From contig JAJYXI010000051.1 in NCBI GenBank assembly GCA_021791055.1, forward strand, positions 1,653-65,652: 64,000 bases of DNA. The letters run 5' to 3'. The position numbers and the translations under genes were made by a program. Source of the DNA: Nitrospirota bacterium. GTDB taxonomy: Bacteria > Nitrospirota > Thermodesulfovibrionia > Thermodesulfovibrionales > Dissulfurispiraceae. Below the pieces are notes generated by a model. That model ran no database searches. It saw nothing but the letters and a program-made list of their open reading frames with translations, and was not told the origin of the DNA. Of this stretch, positions 1 through 8,612 are shown in pieces; within the stretch, counting starts at the first letter, position 1; each line of letters opens with the position of its first letter.

Positions 1-599
1 CGCTTTCAGAGATCTCACCTGATTTTACTCCGTTCGTGGTCGGGACAGGTTATGCAGCAAGAAAACTCAGAGATGAAAAACTCGATGCTGTCGCCCTTTT
101 TAACATAGACGGGCTTCTCGCACAGCCAGATTTCAGGACATATGAGAGGGCATTTCAGGAGGTCGCACAAATCTCACAGATGGTCAAATCTGACGGCACT
201 ATTTTCTTGCAGTCGTGGAACCCAAGAAATAAAATATTGAGATTTATCAGAAACTACGACTTTCACGGCTTTTACGAGCATGAACTGTCTCAGAGGAAGA
301 TGCTTGATTATCCTCCATTTTCGAGGATGATACTTTTTAATGTCTTTATGAAAAAAGATGTTGAACAGTTTTCATATGACATACAGAAAATTATCGGTGA
401 TACTAATACAAATGGATTAGAACTTTTAGGCCCTATTGAGATACCCTCTTCCCTGAAGTCATATAGACACTGCATCCAGATACTTCTGAAATCAAAGGAC
501 AGAAAGGTTCTGCACTCTGCAGCAGAAAAACTGTTAAGCAAATTTGAAAAATTAAAGGGTGCAAAAATAAATGTGGATGTTGACCCGCTAAAGATATAG
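1..599 (+). CDS. priA: Primosomal replication protein N' (PriA helicase), C-terminal part; the 5' end lies upstream of the window
   Basis: The frame is open from nt 3. VVGTGYAARKL, LLAQPDFRTYERAFQ and DYPPFSRMILF match the helicase-C and C-terminal regions of PriA. Confidence 0.8.
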   Translation, partial: LSEISPDFTPFVVGTGYAARKLRDEKLDAVALFNIDGLLAQPDFRTYERAFQEVAQISQMVKSDGTIFLQSWNPRNKILRFIRNYDFHGFYEHELSQRKMLDYPPFSRMILFNVFMKKDVEQFSYDIQKIIGDTNTNGLELLGPIEIPSSLKSYRHCIQILLKSKDRKVLHSAAEKLLSKFEKLKGAKINVDVDPLKI

Positions 600-1565
600 C
601 CTGTCGCTTCTCTTTGCCAATATCTGCTTTGCCTTCTCTATGTCTTTTCTTATATTTTCTTCAAGCTCGCTGATGCCTGAGAATTTCTTTTCATCCCTTA
701 TCCTGTCGATAAAATGTATCTTTATCTTTTCTCCAAGCAGATTTTTGTCGAAATTAAAGATATGCACTTCATAGCTCATAGGCACATCGCCGAATGTGGG
801 GTTTTTCCCTATATTAGCAACTCCATCGTAAATTTCACATTCTTTCCTCCTGCCTATAGCCTCTTGCCTATTGCCTATTGATACTTTTACAGCATAAACA
901 CCTTCCTTTGGGACAAGTTCATTGGGAGTAGTAATATTTGCAGTCGGCGTATGCAGTAGTGATGCCCCTCTGCCGGCACCTTTTATTACCGTGCCTCCTA
1001 TATGATAAGCCCTGCCGAGCATCCTTGATGCCTCACACACCCTTCCCCTTAAAAGAAGGCTCCGCACCCTGCTGCTGCTCACTATATCATCATATACCTT
1101 TGCATATCTGACAACACTCACGTCGAATCCGTATTTCTTTCCTCTCCTTCTAAGCAGTGCGGTAGTGCCTTTCTTGCCCTTTCCAAAGGCGTAGTTATGA
1201 CCGACGATTACCCACTTAACGCCCAGTTTATTAACAAGTATGTCCCTAACGAAGTCATCGGGGTCTGTCTTTGCAAACTCCTTACTGAAGCCGATGCATA
1301 TGAGAACTTTTATGCCCTCACTTGATATGAGATTTGCCTTGTCTTCAAAGGTTGTGAGTATCTTTAATCCCCTTTCAGGGGCGAGGACACGCACAGGATG
1401 GGGGTCGAATGTTATTGCTATGGGAGTGCCGTTAATTTTCCGTGCCTTTTCCACAACCTTTTTGAATATCTTCTGATGGCCGATGTGAACGCCATCAAAA
1501 TTTCCGATGGTAACAACAGGATTGGGATAATCAAATTTGCCATGCAATTCTCTAATTATTCTCAT
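588..1565 (-). CDS. ribF: Bifunctional riboflavin kinase / FMN adenylyltransferase
   Basis: GNFDGVHIGHQKIF nucleotidyltransferase motif and a C-terminal riboflavin-kinase domain. Carries an in-frame heptamer insert (GNRQEAIGRR). Confidence 0.9.
   Translation of the reverse strand: MRIIRELHGKFDYPNPVVTIGNFDGVHIGHQKIFKKVVEKARKINGTPIAITFDPHPVRVLAPERGLKILTTFEDKANLISSEGIKVLICIGFSKEFAKTDPDDFVRDILVNKLGVKWVIVGHNYAFGKGKKGTTALLRRRGKKYGFDVSVVRYAKVYDDIVSSSRVRSLLLRGRVCEASRMLGRAYHIGGTVIKGAGRGASLLHTPTANITTPNELVPKEGVYAVKVSIGNRQEAIGRRKECEIYDGVANIGKNPTFGDVPMSYEVHIFNFDKNLLGEKIKIHFIDRIRDEKKFSGISELEENIRKDIEKAKQILAKRSDRLYL
851..880. repeat. Tandem heptamers (TGCCTAT type, 4 units) in frame in ribF
   Basis: tgcctat agcctct tgcctat tgcctat. 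The 25 nt at 856-880 are identical to murD 53512-53536. Confidence 0.85.
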
Positions 1566-2137
1566 AACCTGCTGTAAATTTCCTCTACCTGCCTTCTTGT
1601 ATCCTCGAGGTCTTTACTGTTGTCTATTGCAAAATCAGACTTGCTAATCTTCATTTCTATGGGAAACTGGCTTTTCAGTCTTTTCCTTGCATCATCTTCG
1701 GATATTCCTTTCTCCTTAAGGCGGTTGATGGCAATCTCCTCCGATGTATATACAGTTATTATTTTATCAAACCTGTTCTGATAACCCCTTTCGAATATTA
1801 CAGGCGCCTCCACTATAACAATGGCAGCGGAATCTGTTATTTTAGCAATTTCTTCGTCAACTTTTTTGAAAACCCTTGGGTGCAAGATATTTTCGAGGGA
1901 AATTCTGAGATGGGGATGTTCGAAGACAATTTCAGCAAGCATCCTCTTATTTATCTCATCACCTTCCACAATATCCTCTCCGAATGCCTTTTTTATCTCA
2001 TAAATCACTGCAGGATCTTTAAGTAGTTCCCGAACTATATCGTCTGTATCAATAATGATAGCTCCCAACTCCTTAAACAACCGGGCCACAGTGCTCTTAC
2101 CCATTCCATAATTTCCTGTTAAACCGCCAACTATCAT
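1562..2137 (-). CDS. coaE: Dephospho-CoA kinase
   Basis: P-loop GLTGNYGMGKST, typical length of about 190 aa, and a 4-nt overlap with ribF. Confidence 0.9.
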   Translation of the reverse strand: MIVGGLTGNYGMGKSTVARLFKELGAIIIDTDDIVRELLKDPAVIYEIKKAFGEDIVEGDEINKRMLAEIVFEHPHLRISLENILHPRVFKKVDEEIAKITDSAAIVIVEAPVIFERGYQNRFDKIITVYTSEEIAINRLKEKGISEDDARKRLKSQFPIEMKISKSDFAIDNSKDLEDTRRQVEEIYSRL

Positions 2138-2180
2138 AACAAGTCACCGCATGCATATTTATTTAAACCCAATTGTGCAT

Positions 2181-2227
2181 TTGTAAAGCTTTTTATCGTA
2201 TGCATACCGACGGTAAATGCATTAGTT
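2181..2227. repeat. About 47-nt intergenic repeat with two ATGCAT-centred palindromes, copy 1 (mutS stop / coaE upstream)
   Basis: 39 of 47 nt are identical to 17040-17086. Contains GTATGCATAC and AAATGCATTA; on the minus strand it reads AAAAAGCTTTACAAA (-35-like). Confidence 0.75.
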
Positions 2228-2228
2228 A

Positions 2229-4844
2229 TCATAATGACCCCTCTGCCTTTTTCCTCAACTCCAAAAGCTTCTTCAAAGCCTTCTGCGGCGTGAGGGTTTC
2301 CATATCGATATTTAACAATTCCCGTGTAATTGGGTCTCCGGCAAAGAAAAGATCCATCTGTGAAGCGCGGGGCATTAATGTGCTTGATTCCCTTTTTTCG
2401 AGTTTATCTAAAACAGTCTTTGCACCTTCTATAACCTTATCAGGCAGACCTGCAAGCCTTGCAACCTGAATTCCGTAGCTCTTGTCAGCAGACCCCTTCT
2501 CAATCTTTCTCAGGAATATAACTTCATCGCCCCATTCTTTGACAACCACATTGTAATTCTTGACGCCATCTATTGTTAAAGAAATGTCCGTGAGCTCATT
2601 ATAATGCGTTGCAAACAGCGTTCTGGCTTTAATATTGCCTGCAAGATACTCTGCAACTGCCCATGCAATGCTGATGCCGTCAAAGGTGCTTGTCCCCCTG
2701 CCCACCTCATCTAAAAGAATCAAACTTTTTTCGGTTGCATTATTCAAAATATTTGCTGTTTCTATCATCTCAACCATGAATGTGCTCTGTCCCTTTGTGA
2801 TGTAATCCGATGCGCCTATCCTCGTGAATATCCTGTCAACAATCCCTATCCTTGCGCTCTCGGCAGGTACAAAAGAGCCTATCTGAGCCATAAGCACAAT
2901 CAATGCCGTCTGTCGCATATAAGTGGATTTCCCCGCCATATTGGGGCCTGTGATGATCAAAAGCCTGTTTTCATTGCAATCAATATGCGCACTGTTGGGT
3001 ATGAATTTCTCGTCAAGACTCCCGACTCCTGACTCCTGACTCCTGACTCCAAAGAGCCTTTCGATAACGGGATGCCTTCCATCAATTATCTCGATTGCAT
3101 CATCTTCAGCAGTGATAGGCTTTACATAATCATACCTCTTGGCGACAGTTGCCAGAGACAATAGAAAATCGATCATTGCTATCTGTGCCGATGCATCGAG
3201 GAGCTGATTTGTGTATTTCTGCATCTTTTCGAGTATGCTCATGTATATCTCGTATTCGAGCTCCTTAAGCCTGTCTTCTGCACCAAGCACCTTTGTTTCG
3301 TATTCCTTCAAATCCGGAGTGATAAACCTCTCGCAGTTTGCAAGGGTCTGCTTTCTTATGTAATCATCCGGCACGAGATGCCCGCTCTTTAGAAGATTCG
3401 GCTTTGTGACCTCTATGTAATATCCGAATACTTTATTGAAGCCAACCTTTAAGGATGATATGCCTGTCCTCTGCCTCTCTTCCGACTCAAGCCTCGCTAT
3501 AAAATCCTTGCCGCTTGATGAGATACCCCTCAACTCATCAACTTCCTTGCTGAAACCCTTTCTGATTATCCCTCCATCCTTCGGATTAACAGGCGGATTT
3601 TCAACAATGCTGAAGTCTATAAGGTCTTTTAAATCGTGGAATTCAGGGATGTTACTTCCAATCTCATTGATATATGAATTTACCGATGACAGCAGGAGCT
3701 TCTTTATTCTCGGCAGATGCTCGACAGAGTTTTTCAGGGCAATCAAATCCCTCGGGCTTGCGGATTTGGAGATAACCCTTGATGCAAGCCTCTCGATGTC
3801 CTGTATCCTTCTGAATGTCGTTCTCAACTCCTCTGTTAGTCCGTAATCTTCGATTATTGCCTCAACAGCATCCTGCCTTTTTATTATCTCATGAGATGAA
3901 AGCAACGGCTTCGTTATGGCATTTCTCATAAACCTGCCGCCCATCGGCGTAAGGGTCTCGTCCAGAACCCATAGCAGAGAGCCCTCGATAGAACTATTAT
4001 GATATTCGGCCTTTAGATTGTGCAGAAGTTCGAGGTTCCTCTTTGTTGTTGAATCAAGGAACATATACGATGTCTGATTTAAAACAGCAATTTTTTTGAA
4101 GGTCAGTATTTTCTGGGAATCTTCAAGATAGCTTATGAGCGCACCTGCCGCTGAAATGGCAGCATTCATGCCGCTGCAGCCGTATCCGTCAAGGGATGAT
4201 ACCTTAAAATATCTCAGAAGCATCTTATACGACTCTGCGTAATCGAAATACCAGTCATCATAATAAGATATATAGAAGCCTCTAAATGCCTCCTGATAAT
4301 GAAGGTTATCCTCCATGCTTTTAGGACAGAGTATTTCTCTAGGTTCATGCCTGCTTATCTCGTCCTCTATGGGTTTATCTGTCTCATAAACAATAAATTC
4401 GCCTGTCGAGAGATCAGCCACTGTTATACCATTCAGATGCTGATAAGGGAATATGCTCATGATGTATGCGTTTTCCTTGGGCTGTTCAGGGATGTGCGTT
4501 CCGGGAGTTATGACCTTCACAACCTCCCTCTGGATTATTCCTTTTTCTGGACCTTTGTCCAGCTTAGGGTCTTCGACTTGCTCGCATATAGCAACCTTAT
4601 GTCCTGCCTTGATGAGCTTTGAAATATAGCCATCTATAGAGAAGTATGGAACACCGCACATGGGCATGGGGTCATCCTTGCTTTTGTCCCTGCTCGTAAG
4701 GGCTATCTGCAATATATTAGACGCTCTCTTTGCATCCTCGCCGAACATCTCATAGAAATCTCCGAGCCTGAAAAGCACAATGGCATCATGATATTTTTCC
4801 TTAATGCTGAAATACTGCTTCATCAAAGGGGTAAGTTCAGACAC
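2229..4844 (-). CDS. mutS: DNA mismatch repair protein MutS
   Basis: 871 aa. N-terminal TPLMKQY..GDFYE mismatch-binding motif, Walker A GPNMAGKST and DEVGRGTST. In-frame heptamer insert (GVRSQESGVGS). Confidence 0.97.
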   Translation of the reverse strand: MSELTPLMKQYFSIKEKYHDAIVLFRLGDFYEMFGEDAKRASNILQIALTSRDKSKDDPMPMCGVPYFSIDGYISKLIKAGHKVAICEQVEDPKLDKGPEKGIIQREVVKVITPGTHIPEQPKENAYIMSIFPYQHLNGITVADLSTGEFIVYETDKPIEDEISRHEPREILCPKSMEDNLHYQEAFRGFYISYYDDWYFDYAESYKMLLRYFKVSSLDGYGCSGMNAAISAAGALISYLEDSQKILTFKKIAVLNQTSYMFLDSTTKRNLELLHNLKAEYHNSSIEGSLLWVLDETLTPMGGRFMRNAITKPLLSSHEIIKRQDAVEAIIEDYGLTEELRTTFRRIQDIERLASRVISKSASPRDLIALKNSVEHLPRIKKLLLSSVNSYINEIGSNIPEFHDLKDLIDFSIVENPPVNPKDGGIIRKGFSKEVDELRGISSSGKDFIARLESEERQRTGISSLKVGFNKVFGYYIEVTKPNLLKSGHLVPDDYIRKQTLANCERFITPDLKEYETKVLGAEDRLKELEYEIYMSILEKMQKYTNQLLDASAQIAMIDFLLSLATVAKRYDYVKPITAEDDAIEIIDGRHPVIERLFGVRSQESGVGSLDEKFIPNSAHIDCNENRLLIITGPNMAGKSTYMRQTALIVLMAQIGSFVPAESARIGIVDRIFTRIGASDYITKGQSTFMVEMIETANILNNATEKSLILLDEVGRGTSTFDGISIAWAVAEYLAGNIKARTLFATHYNELTDISLTIDGVKNYNVVVKEWGDEVIFLRKIEKGSADKSYGIQVARLAGLPDKVIEGAKTVLDKLEKRESSTLMPRASQMDLFFAGDPITRELLNIDMETLTPQKALKKLLELRKKAEGSL
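3017..3050. repeat. Tandem heptamers (GACTCCT, about 5 units) in frame in mutS
   Basis: gactccc gactcct gactcct gactcct gactcc. Confidence 0.9.
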
Positions 4845-4884
4845 GCTTTAACCTCTCAGCTAAAATTTATAACTTGCAATTATA

Positions 4885-5469
4885 CTACATACAGGGCAGA
4901 TAAACCCAAACCCGCCCTTCAGTCCTTGATTCTGTAATCCTTCGCACAAGTTTCTTCTTATAAAGGTTCAATAACCTCGTCCCGCTTGTGTTTGCAGGGA
5001 GATTCAATTCATCTGAAAGCTCGCCTGCTGTAATCTTGCCTTTGCTGAATATCAGATTAATAGTTTCCTGTAGGTAGTTATGGAGCGTGCCAATAATGGT
5101 TCTCCTTCCATCCTTCATTTCAGCCATTACAGCAAGGTCTTTCCTCTCAAGGGCAACCTCAATGTTCTCCTTCTGGTTTTCGTTCAACCCTTTCAAAACA
5201 ATATATTTGTCCCCATATTCACCGCTTACGAGCCTTGATATGAGCTTTGCCACAATCTCATCAGCGCACGAATAATCAATCACGCCAATTTTTGAGAAAT
5301 CGAGGGCGATGACTTCGCCATCCTTTTCATCCGCAATATCCTGCTCAATGCGCTCCCGTATCGCCTGCCCTGACTGCCTCGTAACAAGGTCAGACGAGCC
5401 GTTTTTAAGCTCTTCCTTGAGGAGTTTATAAAGGTTGTAGGTTGTCATACTGAAATTCATATCTCTCAA
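4885..5469 (-). CDS. STAS-like (DUF4325-type) domain protein with a C-terminal winged-HTH
   Basis: TRQSGQAIRERI...VIALDFSKIGVIDYSCADEIV resembles STAS/DUF4325. The C-terminal ITAGELSDELNLPANTSGTRLLNLYKKKLV looks like a wHTH. ATGA overlap with the upstream gene. Confidence 0.6.
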   Translation of the reverse strand: MRDMNFSMTTYNLYKLLKEELKNGSSDLVTRQSGQAIRERIEQDIADEKDGEVIALDFSKIGVIDYSCADEIVAKLISRLVSGEYGDKYIVLKGLNENQKENIEVALERKDLAVMAEMKDGRRTIIGTLHNYLQETINLIFSKGKITAGELSDELNLPANTSGTRLLNLYKKKLVRRITESRTEGRVWVYLPCM

Positions 5470-5924
5470 TGAATAATGTTCGGTCCTTTTATTAGCCTTA
5501 AATTGCTTAATCCGTTCTCTTCAAATTCTTTTCCATACGCATCAAGAAAAGGCTGCTCCTTGTTAATTCTTTCCTCAAGCTCCATTTTTCTGACAGTATC
5601 CTCACCATATTTTTCTATCAAATCCCTCTCTGCCATCCTGTACATTAATTCATCCCAGAATGTGTCATTATCATATTCATCAATAAGTTCCTCAACACCG
5701 GACTCGTCTATAAATTCTCCTGTCAGGAAAAACATTTTGAGATCTTCATCGTATTCGACAGAATCATCCATCCCTAAATCCTTGCAAAAAGACAGGATAT
5801 ACTGCTCAAGTTCATCAAACTCCTCAATCCTGTCATCAGTGCGATGGGCATTAGCCATCCAAGTGCCGAGGTGAAGAAGCTTAATAAGTGTCTTATACTG
5901 TTTTTTTGTAATGTTAATCTTCAT
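5466..5924 (-). CDS. Hypothetical acidic cytoplasmic protein (152 aa)
   Basis: Intact ORF with a GGGGGAA SD-like sequence upstream, translationally coupled to the downstream gene. I recognise no family. Confidence 0.55.
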   Translation of the reverse strand: MKINITKKQYKTLIKLLHLGTWMANAHRTDDRIEEFDELEQYILSFCKDLGMDDSVEYDEDLKMFFLTGEFIDESGVEELIDEYDNDTFWDELMYRMAERDLIEKYGEDTVRKMELEERINKEQPFLDAYGKEFEENGLSNLRLIKGPNIIH

Positions 5925-5938
5925 AAATTCCCCCTATT

Positions 5939-6187
5939 TTATTCTTCTAAAAGTTGCCATTCTGCATAGCCGTCCTTCCTCTCAATGAGTTTTTTGCCTT
6001 TGAAAATTACCTTCTTAATCGTTGGGTGAGTCTTAACAGTGGTATAAGCCCGCACAAGATTAGCAATCGTGGCCTCCTGAAATATAAGCTCCGTGCCGTC
6101 CTGAAGGACTATCGTAGTTCTCAGATGCTTATGCCCCTCAGGGATCTCGGCAATCAATTCCTTTATGTCTTCGTTGCGGAGAATCAT
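5939..6187 (-). CDS. Hypothetical protein (82 aa)
   Basis: Intact ORF packed 2 nt after the four-helix-bundle gene. I recognise no family. Confidence 0.5.
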   Translation of the reverse strand: MILRNEDIKELIAEIPEGHKHLRTTIVLQDGTELIFQEATIANLVRAYTTVKTHPTIKKVIFKGKKLIERKDGYAEWQLLEE

Positions 6188-6189
6188 TA

Positions 6190-6762
6190 TTATTTTTTCC
6201 TAACCTGCTGGCGCGCTTGATAAAGTTTTTCTGTAAATCCGCCTTCTTTTAGGAATTGCTTTTCCAGTTGCCGCAATTGCTGATCAAGAAGATAATTTGC
6301 CTGATTAATCAGGCAAATAAGAGTATTAGCAGCAACTTCAGAACTTCCTTCAATATAGGTCTTATAAGTCATATACGACCTATTTTTTTCCCAAGCAAGT
6401 TTTCTGATAGATTGCGCCTGCGGATGATTTTTCTCCCAAAGCAGCAGCCCTCGCTGACGCAAAAAATCATGATAGTCGAGCAGCAGTTCTTCCAGGCTTG
6501 CACGGGCTACACCTATTAGTTTTAGTTCGCTCTTCTTTGAAGTGCCTGATACCATGCTGCCTTCGGCAATATTCTGCTTGCCGCTGCGCGCTGCCTGTAC
6601 CATCTGGTCATAAGTGCGCGAACGTTTGTCAATAAAGCGATCACAAAATGCAATTGTGGCATCATAGATGATCTCAGCAGTCTGATAGGACTTCAGATTG
6701 CGGTATCCTCCATGAGGAGGGATAATATCAGGTTTTGACTTTTCGTTCTTTTCATCTATCAT
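6190..6762 (-). CDS. Four-helix-bundle protein (23S rRNA IVS / Avd-like family) with a C-terminal suffix domain
   Basis: YQTAEIIYDATIAF...QMVQAARSGKQNIAEGS...ARASLEELLLDY matches the four-helix-bundle (TIGR02436-like) signature. Confidence 0.75.
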   Translation of the reverse strand: MIDEKNEKSKPDIIPPHGGYRNLKSYQTAEIIYDATIAFCDRFIDKRSRTYDQMVQAARSGKQNIAEGSMVSGTSKKSELKLIGVARASLEELLLDYHDFLRQRGLLLWEKNHPQAQSIRKLAWEKNRSYMTYKTYIEGSSEVAANTLICLINQANYLLDQQLRQLEKQFLKEGGFTEKLYQARQQVRKK

Positions 6763-7025
6763 ATTTGAGCTTTTGCAAGCGTCTTAGATTTTTTTTGTAA
6801 TTTAACTGCTTCATTCAAGGCAAGAGTGATTGCTTCATGCCAATCTATATAGTCGCCGATTTTATCCTCAACAATCTTCAACTCATTACGATTTAATTTT
6901 CTGCCTAACTCCTCTTCAGCAACAGTTTGAACATCTTCAATGTTGATGGAATAAATAACTTTTAAGGGTTTCATATCATTTCCTAAATAAAGTGTCCCAT
7001 TTATTATGTATTCTCTTCTTTTCAT
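6759..7025 (-). CDS. Hypothetical protein (88 aa; possibly starts at the internal Met at 6974)
   Basis: ATGA overlaps at both ends (7022-7025 and 6759-6762). I recognise no family. Confidence 0.5.
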   Translation of the reverse strand: MKRREYIINGTLYLGNDMKPLKVIYSINIEDVQTVAEEELGRKLNRNELKIVEDKIGDYIDWHEAITLALNEAVKLQKKSKTLAKAQI

Positions 7026-7804
7026 TGACGCTTATAACGCGCAAAATACTCATCAATTTCAGGTCGCAATTCAATGCCAACACGCTCAAAAATATCAAGT
7101 AGTTGTTGATATGAACCTTGACCACCAAGAAAGTCCCAAAACTCTTCTGCAACTTTCAGTTCGTTTTGTAGGTCTAACATTCCGCGCATTGTCCAACGAT
7201 TATACGGTTGTGGGGCATACGGATTGTAAGGAATTGCAATTATAGTTTGAACATTAGTGCTTGGGCTCTCGGCTAATACTGCTGCAACCCACTCTAAAAG
7301 TGTTCTCTTAAATTCTTTAAAGCCTCCTACATTAGGTTTTGCTGTTTTAATATCAAAAAGATAAATAGTCCCATCATGAGCAATAAGTTTAATATCAACC
7401 TTTGTAAGTCTCACTGTCCTCATCTGCCCTTGCTGACAAACAGTTCTTATGGCTTCTATTTCAGCAGGCTTATTAGGATTAGAATTTGCTGTTGCAAGCT
7501 TATCCATAATGTTTTGAATGACATTATGAGCTTCAGAACTAATTTTTGTTCCTGCCACTTGTTGCGATAATGCGCTCTGAAAGTTTGCTGATGCTAATGC
7601 TTTTGCAACCGGCTCAAAAATGCTTGTACCAAAATTAGTATTAAGAGAGTGAATAAATGAAAACAGCGCCATTCTATCTTTCCCAAGTAGTCTTGTATGA
7701 AAAGGCATTGATGCAGGCTCTGGATTGTAGTTTTGAAATTTATTCCGCAAGCTGTTTTTTAAAACAGTTTCAACATTTAAAATTTGCTTTTCAGTAAGTG
7801 CCAT
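7022..7804 (-). CDS. Putative type II restriction endonuclease subunit A (TdeIII-like, assigned from memory of the family signature)
   Basis: FHTRLLGKDRMALFSFIHSLNTNFGTSIFEPVA N-terminal signature and a D..(D/E)xK-like YLFDIKTAKPN. Adjacent to the MTase. Confidence 0.55.
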   Translation of the reverse strand: MALTEKQILNVETVLKNSLRNKFQNYNPEPASMPFHTRLLGKDRMALFSFIHSLNTNFGTSIFEPVAKALASANFQSALSQQVAGTKISSEAHNVIQNIMDKLATANSNPNKPAEIEAIRTVCQQGQMRTVRLTKVDIKLIAHDGTIYLFDIKTAKPNVGGFKEFKRTLLEWVAAVLAESPSTNVQTIIAIPYNPYAPQPYNRWTMRGMLDLQNELKVAEEFWDFLGGQGSYQQLLDIFERVGIELRPEIDEYFARYKRQ

Positions 7805-7805
7805 A

Positions 7806-8612
7806 TTATTTCACATTAATAAGTTTTGAAAATCCATCCCAAATCTTCTTCTTATTTTTCTTTCCATAATTTTCAAAAATATGAAGCAATTCACTATATG
7901 TTGAGCTACTTTTACCAAGGAAGTTCCAAAATACTTCATGAACCTTCATATCACCAGCAGGGTCAAAATAATTTAAAACCTTAGGATTTTTATAAGGCTT
8001 TGGATGTTTGTTGTTGTAATAAATTCCAATGATTGAGTCAACTTTTTGGGTTTTGTGCTGATAATATCCCCAAGCCAATGCAGACAGAAGTCTTCTTTTA
8101 GCACCAGGGACTTCTGTTGTGTTTGGGTCTGGTCCTTTCATTTCAAGAAAATAATAGTGCTTTTTTGAATTATCATATAACCTCAGGTCGAATTCATATT
8201 TATGTTTTTCTATTTTTTTCGATGGATTATCACAGGCATTAAATATTTCATTCTTTTCTTTAAGATAGTTTGGATGAAATTTTACATTACTTAAACCATT
8301 CATTATTGAATCAATTTTTTGAAAAACATTTTGAGGCAAAGCGACATCAAGTCGCGATTTTCTTATAACGTTTTCTTTACCCCATGTTTCAATAGCAATT
8401 ATTTCAGCAATTATTTCCATCTCATTGCCGAGAGATGTTTTTAACCCATGAATTCGATGAAGCAATGGTTCAAAGTCTTTCAGAATGGCCATCACGAATG
8501 GATTGCCAGAGTTAGCACCAGAAGAATTAATAGCCTTCTGCAAATATTTTTTAACTACTAAGTCAATTTGTTTTATAATTTGCTTTTTTGCTTTTACTGA
8601 AATTGCTGGCAT
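7806..8612 (-). CDS. Putative restriction endonuclease subunit B, a diverged paralogue of 7022-7804
   Basis: Shares HxLxTxxGxxxE, YFLEMKGPDPN (versus LFDIKTAKPN) and the C-terminal EFWxFLG...Y..LLxIFE pattern with the neighbouring gene. 1-nt TAATG overlap with the MTase. Confidence 0.5.
   Translation of the reverse strand: MPAISVKAKKQIIKQIDLVVKKYLQKAINSSGANSGNPFVMAILKDFEPLLHRIHGLKTSLGNEMEIIAEIIAIETWGKENVIRKSRLDVALPQNVFQKIDSIMNGLSNVKFHPNYLKEKNEIFNACDNPSKKIEKHKYEFDLRLYDNSKKHYYFLEMKGPDPNTTEVPGAKRRLLSALAWGYYQHKTQKVDSIIGIYYNNKHPKPYKNPKVLNYFDPAGDMKVHEVFWNFLGKSSSTYSELLHIFENYGKKNKKKIWDGFSKLINVK

Noticed and set aside
6190-6762. The four-helix-bundle (Avd-like) protein could mark a diversity-generating retroelement.
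   Set aside because: There is no reverse transcriptase ORF in the window, and I saw no template/variable repeat pair of about 100 nt near it. Its context is R-M.
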